Origin: Thermoplasmata archaeon
GTDB taxonomy: Archaea > Thermoplasmatota > E2 > DHVEG-1
Length of the DNA: 64,000 nucleotides
Reading direction: 5' to 3'
Assembly: GCA_020054475.1 (NCBI GenBank)
Contig: JAHWGJ010000004.1
Span: 5,384-69,383, forward strand
Position 1 is the stretch's first letter. Every line of letters starts with the position of its first letter. The notes under the pieces were generated by a model, which made no database searches, had not been told where the DNA came from, and was given only the letters and a program-made list of their open reading frames with translations. Below are positions 22,701 to 32,371 of the stretch, in pieces. The translations under genes and the position numbers were made by a program.

Positions 22701-23885
22701 ATGAAAAGAAATTCTAATGCATTTTTAAAGAATGAATATGAAGAACTTGTAAAGAACGATTTTGATTGGAAGCTAAGGATACTTCAATCCGGATCAGCTC
22801 CACATTCAATTGTTGATGGAAAAGAGGTAATAATGCTATGTTCAAACAATTACTTGAATCTAAGTAATCATCCAAAATTGATTAAAGCGGCGATTGATGC
22901 AGCAAATAAATATGGGGCGGGATCTGGGTCTGTTAGAGCTATTGCAGGTACAATGAAAATTCATATGGATGTTGAAAAAAAACTCGCTAAATTTAAAGGT
23001 ACAGAATCCTCTTTAATATATCAAACAGGTTTTGCTGCAAATGCTGGTTTAATTCCTCAGCTTGTGGGTAAGGGTGATGTTATAATCAGCGATGAACTAA
23101 ATCATGGTAGTATTATAGATGGAGTAAGATTAACTAAAGCAGATAGAGCGGTTTATAAACATAAAGATATGGGCGAATTAGAAAAAGTATTAAGTGACGC
23201 TGATAAAAAATATAATAGAATCTTAGTAATAACCGATGGTGTTTTTAGTATGGATGGAGACATTGCACCTATGGATAAAATTGTTGAGATATCAAAAGAA
23301 TTTGGGGCAATGACTTATGTTGATGATGCACATGGGGAAGGTGTAATAGGGCCCGATGGTAGAGGTATTGGTGCACATTATGGCTTAGAGGGTGAAATTG
23401 ATGTAGAAATGGGAACATTTAGCAAAGCATTTGGAGTTGTAGGTGGTCTTATTGCAGGTAGTCAAGATCTTGTAAACTTTGCATACAATAAATCCAGAAC
23501 TTGGTTACTTAGCGGATCACATCCTCCTGCAGTAGCTGGAGCCCAATTTGCTGCGATAGATGTCCTTGAAAAAGAACCTGAACATGTTAATAATTTATGG
23601 AAAAATACAAAATATTTTAAAAATGAATTAAAAAACATGGGTTTTGATACTGGAGAAAGTGAAACACCGATCACGCCCGTGATGGTTGGCGAATCAAGCA
23701 TTGCAAAGGAACTTTCTGATACTTTATTTAAGCAGGGAGTTTTTGCATTGCCAATAGTTTTTCCGATGGTTGCTCGCGATAAAGCTAGGATTAGAACAAT
23801 GATGAACGCAGGCTTAAATAAAGATGATTTAAATAAGGCATTAAGAATTTTTGAAAATCTTGGTAAAAAATTAAAGATTATATAA
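22701..23885 (+). CDS. PLP-dependent 2-amino-3-ketobutyrate CoA ligase / 8-amino-7-oxononanoate synthase family enzyme
   Basis: Class-II aminotransferase blocks (SNNYLNLSNHP, DELNHGSIIDG, GTFSKAFG with lysine). 394 aa. Confidence 0.75.
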   Translation: MKRNSNAFLKNEYEELVKNDFDWKLRILQSGSAPHSIVDGKEVIMLCSNNYLNLSNHPKLIKAAIDAANKYGAGSGSVRAIAGTMKIHMDVEKKLAKFKGTESSLIYQTGFAANAGLIPQLVGKGDVIISDELNHGSIIDGVRLTKADRAVYKHKDMGELEKVLSDADKKYNRILVITDGVFSMDGDIAPMDKIVEISKEFGAMTYVDDAHGEGVIGPDGRGIGAHYGLEGEIDVEMGTFSKAFGVVGGLIAGSQDLVNFAYNKSRTWLLSGSHPPAVAGAQFAAIDVLEKEPEHVNNLWKNTKYFKNELKNMGFDTGESETPITPVMVGESSIAKELSDTLFKQGVFALPIVFPMVARDKARIRTMMNAGLNKDDLNKALRIFENLGKKLKII

Positions 23886-23903
23886 TTTCATTACATAGAT
23901 ATT

Positions 23904-24284
23904 ATGATTCAAAATTTAATATTAAATCATATTGCTTTAAGTTGTAATTCTTAAAATGATGCAGATTTATTTTTTAATAAAATACTTGGCATTCCGTTAG
24001 TAAAAAAATTCAATCTTTCAAAAAATTTGGCAAATAAAATTTTTAAAATTCCTAAGGATGTTGAGATTTTAGTATATGAAAATAATAAGATAAGGTTTGA
24101 AATTTTTATTACTGATAACAAAAATTACACAATTTTTAATCATATTTGTTTGGAAATTAATAATAAAGATGAGTTAATAAAAAAATGTAAAGAAAGTAAT
24201 ATTAATTTTTTTTATGTAAACAAGGATGATAAAAAATTATTATTCATAAAAGATAATTTTGGAAATTTATTTGAAATTAAATAA
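23904..24284 (+). pseudogene. VOC (glyoxalase/bleomycin-resistance) family gene with an in-frame TAA at 23952-23954
   Basis: ATG 23904 gives MIQNLILNHIALSCNS, then TAA. The same frame continues NDADLFFNKILGIPLV...NHICLEIN...DNFGNLFEIK, a typical VOC layout. Confidence 0.4.
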
Positions 24285-24793
24285 AATATCACTCTATAAT
24301 TTTTTTTTTTATTTTCTCTTAAAATTTTTTCAATTTTTCTTTCTCTTTCATCTTCAGATAGTTTACTTTCATTTATTTGATTTTTTATTATTGTTTCATT
24401 AATGATGTTTTCTTGATTCGTTTCAGTTATCTCTTTATTTTTATCATCATTTAATTTTGAATTTTTATTAAAAAGGATAATTTTTTCTTCATTTTTTTCT
24501 TTAGATTCAGAATTGAATTTATCGTTCTGTTCAGAATCTTTATCAATATCTGATATTTTATCAGAAAATTTAAAAATATTTTTTACTTCTTTTTTTTCTA
24601 GATTTGAATTAATTATAAGTCGAAAAGCGTCTATTATAAATTCTTTTTCTTTAAGAGTAGGTTTCCATAAATAATAATCCCCCTCTTTAAAAAAATTTGA
24701 TGAATTTGTGTTGAAATAAGTAATGATTGAAAGATTTTGATTTTTATCTTTGTTTAACTCTAGTTTAATGTTTATTTCATTATCATCTTCCAT
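24212..24793 (-). CDS. Low-complexity K/E/N-rich hypothetical protein (C-terminal 73 nt overlap the VOC gene)
   Basis: ORF only. Compositionally biased. Confidence 0.25.
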   Translation of the reverse strand: MEDDNEINIKLELNKDKNQNLSIITYFNTNSSNFFKEGDYYLWKPTLKEKEFIIDAFRLIINSNLEKKEVKNIFKFSDKISDIDKDSEQNDKFNSESKEKNEEKIILFNKNSKLNDDKNKEITETNQENIINETIIKNQINESKLSEDERERKIEKILRENKKKNYRVIFYLISNKFPKLSFMNNNFLSSLFT

Positions 24794-25171
24794 CTATTAT
24801 CCCAAACCTAGCTATTTAATTGAATGTTTTATTATATTTTAAATTTTTTCATTTTCATTATTTATGTATATTATTCATTATTATATACTAAATTATTAAA
24901 ACATTTAATTTATATTATTTAAAATATATATCTAATAATTTCGTAAATATACGGTAAATGTTAATATAGTATTTTTTAATTGTATTATTTGGAAAAAATG
25001 GTTAAAAAAATATTATATTCTTTAATTGGCTCATTATGTTCTATTGGTGGAATTATTGGGATAATTCTTTCTAATGCTTTTTCAGAAATATTAATATTTG
25101 TTATTGCAGCAATATCCGGTTTATTTACTTTAGCAATATCAGGGCAAGAAAAATAGAATATTATTAACTCT

Positions 25172-26215
25172 CTATCTTGTTAAAATTGTTTTTAATATTG
25201 GCATTATATTTAGTATCATTTCAATTAAATTATTAAAATTTTTACTATTATTTTCTTCATTATTTTTATTAATTTCATTTATTTTATTTCGTTGATTATA
25301 TTCAATATTTTTGTCTAGATTTATTTTTTCATTTTTTAACAATATTTCTTTTTGTTCTAAATCAATTAATAAATTTTCAGTTGAATCATCAGTTATTATT
25401 ATATTGCCATCATTGTTACCCCAAAAACTACAACTTATAATTTCATTATATGAAGATGATGAAATATATATGCCATTTACTTTATTATTATAAATATCAC
25501 AATTTTTTAATATATTTCCATTATTTGATGAAACTATAGCATCAATACCCGTGTGTGAATTATTAAAAATTGAACAATTTTCTATTAAATTATTTGATGA
25601 AAATTGAAGTTCAATACCATCACAATTATTATAAAAAGTACAATTTGAAATAATATTGAAATCACATTTAGAAATTTTGGTTCCAATCATTGCAATCCCC
25701 TCATCCTTACAATTCCAAAAGATACAATTATCAATAATATTTTCATTTGAAAAAATTGCAACTCCTATTGGATTATCATATAGATTACAATTATATATTT
25801 TTGAATTATCTGCACTAATTCTTACACCCGTTGTATATAATCCTGAAGCCCCATTTTTTATACTTAAATTTTTCAAAACAATATCAGAAACTCCTAATCT
25901 TATAGCATATTTATTTTCTTCAGAAATAGGATTAATAATAGTAGAAAACTTATTTTCCCCAATAATATTTACTTTTTTATTGATATCAAGTATTTCAGTA
26001 TATATGCCTGTTTTGATAATAATTGTTGATCCATCACTTGCATGATTGATCGCATCTTGTATATTTGAATAATCTCCACCAAATCTACTTACAATAACAA
26101 TATTTTCTGGTAAATTATCTATAGATATATCCGCTGAAATATTTGTAATAAAAATTAAATCTACAATTAAAAGAAACAAAAGAAAAAACATTATTGTTGC
26201 CCTCATTCCTCTCAT
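25172..26215 (-). CDS. Secreted right-handed parallel beta-helix repeat protein (NosD/pectin-lyase-fold like)
   Basis: Signal peptide. Many NxxxNN/IxNC turn repeats (NCNLYDN, NCIFWNC, NCTFYNNCDG, NCSIFNN, NCDIYNN, SCSFWGNNDG). Confidence 0.5.
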   Translation of the reverse strand: MRGMRATIMFFLLFLLIVDLIFITNISADISIDNLPENIVIVSRFGGDYSNIQDAINHASDGSTIIIKTGIYTEILDINKKVNIIGENKFSTIINPISEENKYAIRLGVSDIVLKNLSIKNGASGLYTTGVRISADNSKIYNCNLYDNPIGVAIFSNENIIDNCIFWNCKDEGIAMIGTKISKCDFNIISNCTFYNNCDGIELQFSSNNLIENCSIFNNSHTGIDAIVSSNNGNILKNCDIYNNKVNGIYISSSSYNEIISCSFWGNNDGNIIITDDSTENLLIDLEQKEILLKNEKINLDKNIEYNQRNKINEINKNNEENNSKNFNNLIEMILNIMPILKTILTR

Positions 26216-26437
26216 CCTATCAAACCTTTAAATTCAATCGTGTTACTATCCAACGTGATAAAGTTTCACAATAATTGTATTTAAAGATAATTGTAAAAAA
26301 TAACAAGATGGTAAAATGTCAAAACTCAAATTGAACAAAACTGAAAATACTAATATATTAAATAAAATGAAATTTATTCTTCAAAATATTTAATAATTAA
26401 GAAGTATTATATTTTAATAATAAGAAAATAAATATAA

Positions 26438-27178
26438 ATGGATAATATGAAGAAAAAAATAATAATTATTTTTGTTGTAGGGTTATTCGCAATATCTTTA
26501 TTAAATATAATTCTTGTAGTAACAGCTATTCCAATTAAAAGAAATGATAACTATAACCTACTTGAATCAAATAATCAATATGAATTACATAAAAATATCA
26601 TAATTTCTGAATTAGAACCAGGGGATATAGCATTTAAACATCCAGATATATTTCCAGATTATTTTCCTACAATAATTGACCATTGTCTGATATATATAGA
26701 ATATAATAAATCAACTGAAAAATATGTTTTTATTGAGGCAGGTATTCACAATAGTTGCGTTCAATATAGATATGAAACAAAAGAAAATATAACAGGAAAA
26801 ATGTGGGGGACATTTGCCAGAGTTAGGAATGCAAATTCAACTCAGAAACTCAATGCAATTAATTTTACAAAAAGACAGCTTGGTAATAAATTTCAAGGAG
26901 AATTTTTTGGAATAAAAGCTAACAAAAATTACAATCCAAATGATGTTGATAATGATCTTCTTGCAAATGAATGGTATTGTAGTGAACTTATTTGGGCTGC
27001 ATATTATAATTGTAACAATCCTTTCCCCGAAGATGAACCTGAATATGGTTATATATATGGTGATGGAATTGATATTGATCGAAATGAATGGAAAGAAAAT
27101 ATTTTAGGTCATACTGTAGTATGGCCTAAGGAAATATATAATAATGTAAGAGATATTAAAAAAATATTTTTAAATTAA
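26438..27178 (+). CDS. Membrane-anchored permuted papain-like amidase (YiiX/C92-like)
   Basis: LEPGDIAF, HCLIYIEY and WYCSELIWAAY blocks in the order typical of the permuted papain fold. Confidence 0.4.
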   Translation: MDNMKKKIIIIFVVGLFAISLLNIILVVTAIPIKRNDNYNLLESNNQYELHKNIIISELEPGDIAFKHPDIFPDYFPTIIDHCLIYIEYNKSTEKYVFIEAGIHNSCVQYRYETKENITGKMWGTFARVRNANSTQKLNAINFTKRQLGNKFQGEFFGIKANKNYNPNDVDNDLLANEWYCSELIWAAYYNCNNPFPEDEPEYGYIYGDGIDIDRNEWKENILGHTVVWPKEIYNNVRDIKKIFLN

Positions 27179-27289
27179 TATTTCAATTTTGAATCACTTT
27201 TTTTTTTAATATCTAATTTTTAGCATTATTATTATAAATATGTTTTATTATCTAGAATAATAAAAAACGGAACAGGTGAAAAAATAAAT

Positions 27290-28261
27290 ATGAATCTTAA
27301 AAAATTTATAATTAATTTTTTAATAATCTTAAGTATTTTATTATTAAACGGTTGTATAGACGAAGAAACAACAAATGGGAAATATGATATATATGTAGGA
27401 GCAAATGTTACTAATGGTTATTCAACAATTCAAAAAGCAATAGAAAATTCTTCAAATGGAGATTCAATATTTATTTACGATGGAGTATACAATGAAAATT
27501 TAATAATAAATAAATCAATAAACATTACTGGAGAAAGCAATGATAAAACCATAATAAATTACATAAAAGATCAAGAACAAGAAATCATTATTATTACAAT
27601 ATTGGCAGATAGCTGCATATTAAATAATATAAATATAAATAATTCCAATGGAACTGATAATGTTTTAGGGATAGTTATTAAATCATCAAATAACACTATA
27701 ATAAATACTTCAATCACAAACACAGAAAAAGGAATTTATATTGATAGTGATTATAATGTTAACTCCAGAAATAATTCAATAATTATGAATAATATTTCAA
27801 ATAATAATTATGGTTTATATGTAACTTATTCAAATAATAATAATATTTCAAAAAATAAAATTTTTGATAACAAAGAATATGGCATATATCTGTTAAATTC
27901 AAATGATAATATATTATCATATAATTTCTATTATAATAACACTGATTATGCCCTTAGAATAAAAGGATCAAGGTATAATAAATTATACAACAATAATATA
28001 TTTTTAAATCAGAAAGGGCTGTATTTTTGTTGTGGTGCAAGAGATAATATAGTATATAATAATAATTTTCAGGATAACATAATTTGGCATGCAAATGATG
28101 CTTTGGGCAATCAATGGGATAATGGAATAATTGGAAATTATTGGGGCGACTATGAAGAAAAATATCCTAATTCAGAAATAATTAATGGAAAATGGCAAAC
28201 CCCCTATAATATATCGGGCGGTAGTTATAAGGATAATTATCCATTAGTAAATCCAATTTAA
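27290..28261 (+). CDS. Secreted parallel beta-helix repeat protein
   Basis: Lipoprotein-like signal (LLLNGC). Beta-helix turn repeats. GNYWGDYEEKYPNS motif shared with ORF 1..936. Confidence 0.5.
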   Translation: MNLKKFIINFLIILSILLLNGCIDEETTNGKYDIYVGANVTNGYSTIQKAIENSSNGDSIFIYDGVYNENLIINKSINITGESNDKTIINYIKDQEQEIIIITILADSCILNNININNSNGTDNVLGIVIKSSNNTIINTSITNTEKGIYIDSDYNVNSRNNSIIMNNISNNNYGLYVTYSNNNNISKNKIFDNKEYGIYLLNSNDNILSYNFYYNNTDYALRIKGSRYNKLYNNNIFLNQKGLYFCCGARDNIVYNNNFQDNIIWHANDALGNQWDNGIIGNYWGDYEEKYPNSEIINGKWQTPYNISGGSYKDNYPLVNPI

Positions 28262-28316
28262 TTTAGATATATTTAAAAAAAATGAATAATACATATTTTA
28301 TATAAAATGAAAAAAT

Positions 28317-29081
28317 ATGAATGAAGGAATTATTTTTGATGTCAAGAGATATGCAATAAATGATGGACCAGGTATTAGAACTACAGTTTTTTTTAAAGGA
28401 TGTCCTCTAAATTGTTGGTGGTGCCACAATCCAGAAGGGATTAATTCAAAAATTGAAAAATTTAATAAAAAAGATACAGTAGGGTATAATCTAAACGTAA
28501 AAGATATAATCAATGAAATATTAAAAGACCATATATTCTATAATGAATCTGGAGGAGGAGTAACCTTTTCAGGAGGAGAACCACTTTTACAAATTAATTT
28601 TTTACATTCAATCCTAATAGAATGTAAAAAAAATAATTTAAATACTGCTATAGATACTTGCGGATATTCAACAATTGATAATATTGATAAAATATATGAT
28701 AAAGTAGATTTATTTTTATTTGATTTGAAATTTATTAATGAAAAGGAACATTTAAAATATACGGGAAAATCAAATAAAATAATTATAAAGAATTTAATAT
28801 ATTTATCAAACAAAGGAAAAAAGGTTCAAATAAGAATCCCGCTAATTCCAAACATTACAGATACATCAGAAAATCTATTATCAATTAAACAATTCATTGA
28901 CAAACTGAGATATATTGATGAGATATGTCTCTTACCATATAATAAATATGCAGAAGTTAAAATTGCAAAATTCAAATTAAATTCAAAAATTAAAAAACTA
29001 TCAACACAAACAGATAAAAAACTTAATCAAATAAAAAAAATTTTCGATTCTAAAAAATATAAAGTGAAAGTCGGCGGATAG
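28317..29081 (+). CDS. Glycyl-radical enzyme activating protein (radical SAM)
   Basis: CPLNCWWCHNPE is the Cx3Cx2C cluster. GGEPLL SAM motif. 254 aa. Directly upstream of the glycyl-radical enzyme. Confidence 0.85.
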   Translation: MNEGIIFDVKRYAINDGPGIRTTVFFKGCPLNCWWCHNPEGINSKIEKFNKKDTVGYNLNVKDIINEILKDHIFYNESGGGVTFSGGEPLLQINFLHSILIECKKNNLNTAIDTCGYSTIDNIDKIYDKVDLFLFDLKFINEKEHLKYTGKSNKIIIKNLIYLSNKGKKVQIRIPLIPNITDTSENLLSIKQFIDKLRYIDEICLLPYNKYAEVKIAKFKLNSKIKKLSTQTDKKLNQIKKIFDSKKYKVKVGG

Positions 29082-29087
29082 ATAATT

Positions 29088-31451
29088 ATGAACGAAAGAA
29101 TTAAAAAACTTAAAGAGCAAAGTTCAAATTCGCAAGCCGTTCTATCAATTGAAAGAGCAAAATTAATCACAGAATTTTATAAAAAAACAAAAGAAATTAA
29201 ATTATCAAAACCAGTTGAAAGAGCGCTAGCTTTCAAATATATACTTGAAAATAAAAAAATTTGTATTAATGAATTTGAATTAATCGTTGGAGAACGAGGC
29301 TCTTTTCCGAAAGATACACCTACTTACCCTGAAATTTGTATACATTCCATTCAAGATTTAAAAAAAATTAATGATAGAGAAAAAATTAATTTTAAAGTTA
29401 ATAAAGAGGCAATGAAACTTCAAAATGAATTAATTATACCTTTCTGGAAGGAAAATTCTATAAGAGAAATAATATTTGAAAAGATGGATGCTAATTGGAA
29501 AAATGCCTATGATGCAGGTGTTTTTACTGAATTTATGGAACAAAGAGCACCAGGTCATACGGTATTGGATAATAAAATCTACAAAAAAGGATTATTAGAT
29601 TTTAGAAAAGAAATATTGAAAAATATTGAAAAAATAAATAATATAAATGATAGTGAAGCTCAATATAAAAAAGAAGAATTAAATGCAATGATAATTGCAA
29701 TAGATGCAATTATTAATTTTGCAAAAAAACATTCTAAAAAAGCAACACAACTCGCACAACAGGAGAAAAATTTGATAAGAAAAAACGAACTTGAACAAAT
29801 ATCTCGTATATGTGATAAAGTTCCAGCTAAACCACCAGAAACCTTTTGGGAAGCACTTCAATATTATTGGTTTATCCATCTTGGGGTAATAATAGAATTA
29901 AATACTTGGGATTCGTTTAATCCTGGTAGATTGGATCAGCATCTTTATCCCTTTTATATTAAAGATATAAAAAAAGGAATATTAACTAAGGATAAAGCAA
30001 AAGAACTTTTACAAACATTCTGGATAAAATTCAATAACCAGCCTGCTCCTCCTAAAGTAGGGGTAACTGCGAAGGAAAGTAATACATATACAGATTTTTG
30101 TTTAGTCAATTTAGGAGGTCTAAATAAATTAGGAGAAAATACGGTTAATGAATTGACTTATCTAATACTAGATGTTATAGAAGAAATGCGCTTATTACAA
30201 CCAAGCTCAATGATTCAAGTAAGTGAAAAAACCCCTGATCTATTATTAAGAAGAGCTTTAAAAATAATAAAAACGGGGTTTGGTCAACCTTCAATATTTA
30301 ATTCAGAATCAATTATAAAAGAATTAGTTAGGCAAGGAAAATCAATAAAAGATGCAAGAAATGGAGGAGCTAGCGGATGTGTGGAATCAGGAGCCTTTGG
30401 AAAAGAAAGTTATATATTAACTGGTTATTTTAATTTAGTAAAAATTCTTGAATTAACCTTAAATAATGGTATAGATCCATTCATAGGTAAAAGAATTGGA
30501 TTAGCAACAGGAAAACCAGATGATTTTTTATCATATAATGATCTTTTTAATGCATATAAAAAACAATTAAAATATTTCATTGATATTAAAATCAAAGGAA
30601 ATAGAATAATTGAACAATTATGGTCAAAAAATCTTCCTGCACCATTTATGTCGATATTCATAGATGATTGCATCAAAAATGCTAAAGATTATAATAGCGG
30701 TGGAGCTAGATATAATACAACTTATATCCAAGGCGTTGGATTAGGAACAATAACAGATTCATTAACCTCAATTAAATACAATATTTTTGATAAAAAAATA
30801 ATTACAATGAATGAATTAATTAAAGCAATAAAAAATAATTATAAGGGATATGAAAAAATCGAAAATGATCTAATATACAATACGCCAAAATATGGTAATG
30901 ATGAAGATTATCCTGATGAAATATTAAAGCAAATATTTCAGATTTTTTTTAAATTAATTGATGGAAGAGATAATACTAAAGGAGGTAAATATCGAATTAA
31001 TTTATTACCGACAACTTCACATATATATTTTGGAAGTAAAGTGGGTGCAACGCCAGATGGAAGAAAATCCAAGAATCCTTTATCAGAAGGTATATCACCT
31101 GTTCAGGGAGCTGATATAAAAGGGCCAACGGCAGTTATAAAATCTGCTTCAAAAATAGACCAAATAAAAACTGGTGGTACTCTTCTTAATCAAAAATTTA
31201 CACCACAAATATTTGATAAAGAAGAAAATATTGATAAAATTATAGCATTAATCAGATCTTATTTTAGATTGAATGGTCACCATATTCAATTTAATGTAGT
31301 TACAGCAAATACTTTGAAAAAAGCACAAAAAGATCCTGTAAAATATAAGGATTTAATTGTAAGAGTTGCAGGATATAGTGATTATTTTATAAATCTAACT
31401 TTAGAATTACAAAATGAAATAATTAAAAGAACAGAACAAATTATATCTTAA
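29088..31451 (+). CDS. Glycyl radical enzyme (PFL-like family, single-Cys GCVE type)
   Basis: 787 aa. Active-site SGCVESG. C-terminal glycyl radical motif RVAGYSDYF. Confidence 0.85.
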   Translation: MNERIKKLKEQSSNSQAVLSIERAKLITEFYKKTKEIKLSKPVERALAFKYILENKKICINEFELIVGERGSFPKDTPTYPEICIHSIQDLKKINDREKINFKVNKEAMKLQNELIIPFWKENSIREIIFEKMDANWKNAYDAGVFTEFMEQRAPGHTVLDNKIYKKGLLDFRKEILKNIEKINNINDSEAQYKKEELNAMIIAIDAIINFAKKHSKKATQLAQQEKNLIRKNELEQISRICDKVPAKPPETFWEALQYYWFIHLGVIIELNTWDSFNPGRLDQHLYPFYIKDIKKGILTKDKAKELLQTFWIKFNNQPAPPKVGVTAKESNTYTDFCLVNLGGLNKLGENTVNELTYLILDVIEEMRLLQPSSMIQVSEKTPDLLLRRALKIIKTGFGQPSIFNSESIIKELVRQGKSIKDARNGGASGCVESGAFGKESYILTGYFNLVKILELTLNNGIDPFIGKRIGLATGKPDDFLSYNDLFNAYKKQLKYFIDIKIKGNRIIEQLWSKNLPAPFMSIFIDDCIKNAKDYNSGGARYNTTYIQGVGLGTITDSLTSIKYNIFDKKIITMNELIKAIKNNYKGYEKIENDLIYNTPKYGNDEDYPDEILKQIFQIFFKLIDGRDNTKGGKYRINLLPTTSHIYFGSKVGATPDGRKSKNPLSEGISPVQGADIKGPTAVIKSASKIDQIKTGGTLLNQKFTPQIFDKEENIDKIIALIRSYFRLNGHHIQFNVVTANTLKKAQKDPVKYKDLIVRVAGYSDYFINLTLELQNEIIKRTEQIIS

Positions 31452-31871
31452 ATACATCTAAATTAATAGAATTTATCTAAATGTATTTTTTATTTATTGT
31501 TTTTCTTTTTTATTTAATTAAAGAATGTAATAAATTCGCAGATCGTATAAAACAAAAATAAATAAATTAACTTTAAATATATAATGGGGGAGGGGGAGAG
31601 AAAAAACAATTTCAAGTTTTTTTTAGGAGCATAAAACTTTAAAAAAACATTTTTCTCTTATACATAGCTTAGATTTCCCTCCACATTATACAATAATATT
31701 AATAAAACATCAAATATATAAAATTTTAGTTTAAAAATTTAATTAAAATAAATAAAATGTAAGATTTGTTAAATTATTATAACTTTTTTTAAAATAATAA
31801 AAACTTTGTTATAGGGAAATCAAAAGAGAACATTTACCATCAGTTCAAATTTAACAAAACATCAAACCATA

Positions 31872-32159
31872 TTAACCAATTTTTAATATGTAATGATTAT
31901 AGCCACATCCTGATGCAAATCCATATATTATCATATAGCTATACATATTAACCAAATAATTAGTAGTATCACCTGTATAAATAATGTAAAAATGCGTACT
32001 TGTCATTAATGCAGCAGCAAAAAATAAACCAACAAAAAACATATATTCAAACCAATTTTTATCAATCTTTGAATAAATTTTCTTTATAATATAACCAATA
32101 ACTACAGCAATTATCCCGCCTATTACTGCAATAAATAACGGTAATACCAAATATATCAT
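31872..32159 (-). CDS. Small membrane protein
   Basis: 95 aa, three hydrophobic helices. Confidence 0.25.
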   Translation of the reverse strand: MIYLVLPLFIAVIGGIIAVVIGYIIKKIYSKIDKNWFEYMFFVGLFFAAALMTSTHFYIIYTGDTTNYLVNMYSYMIIYGFASGCGYNHYILKIG

Positions 32160-32338
32160 TTTTCTCCCAAAAAATTAAATAACAATTCTCTAAATAAATT
32201 TTATTATATTTTCAAATGCCTAACTTTAATTAGGCATTTTGAAAGATAAAATAATTAATGAAATATTTTTTCCTTTTGTAAAATTATTATACTAATCCTA
32301 AAAATAACAAAAACCTTATTATACTCAATATTGATTAA

Positions 32339-32371
32339 TTACATTGTTTTTGGTGAGAAGGAGAGAAAAAA
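32339..32371 (+). promoter_or_regulatory. Purine-rich leader/RBS TTTTGGTGAGAAGGAGAGAAAAAAATG. Near-identical to the leader at 38041..38067.
   Basis: Seen in sequence. Paralogous operons share leader and signal peptide. Confidence 0.4.

Noticed and set aside
28298-28813. Minus-strand ORFs antisense to the glycyl-radical activase
   Set aside because: They lie entirely within a strongly supported radical-SAM gene.
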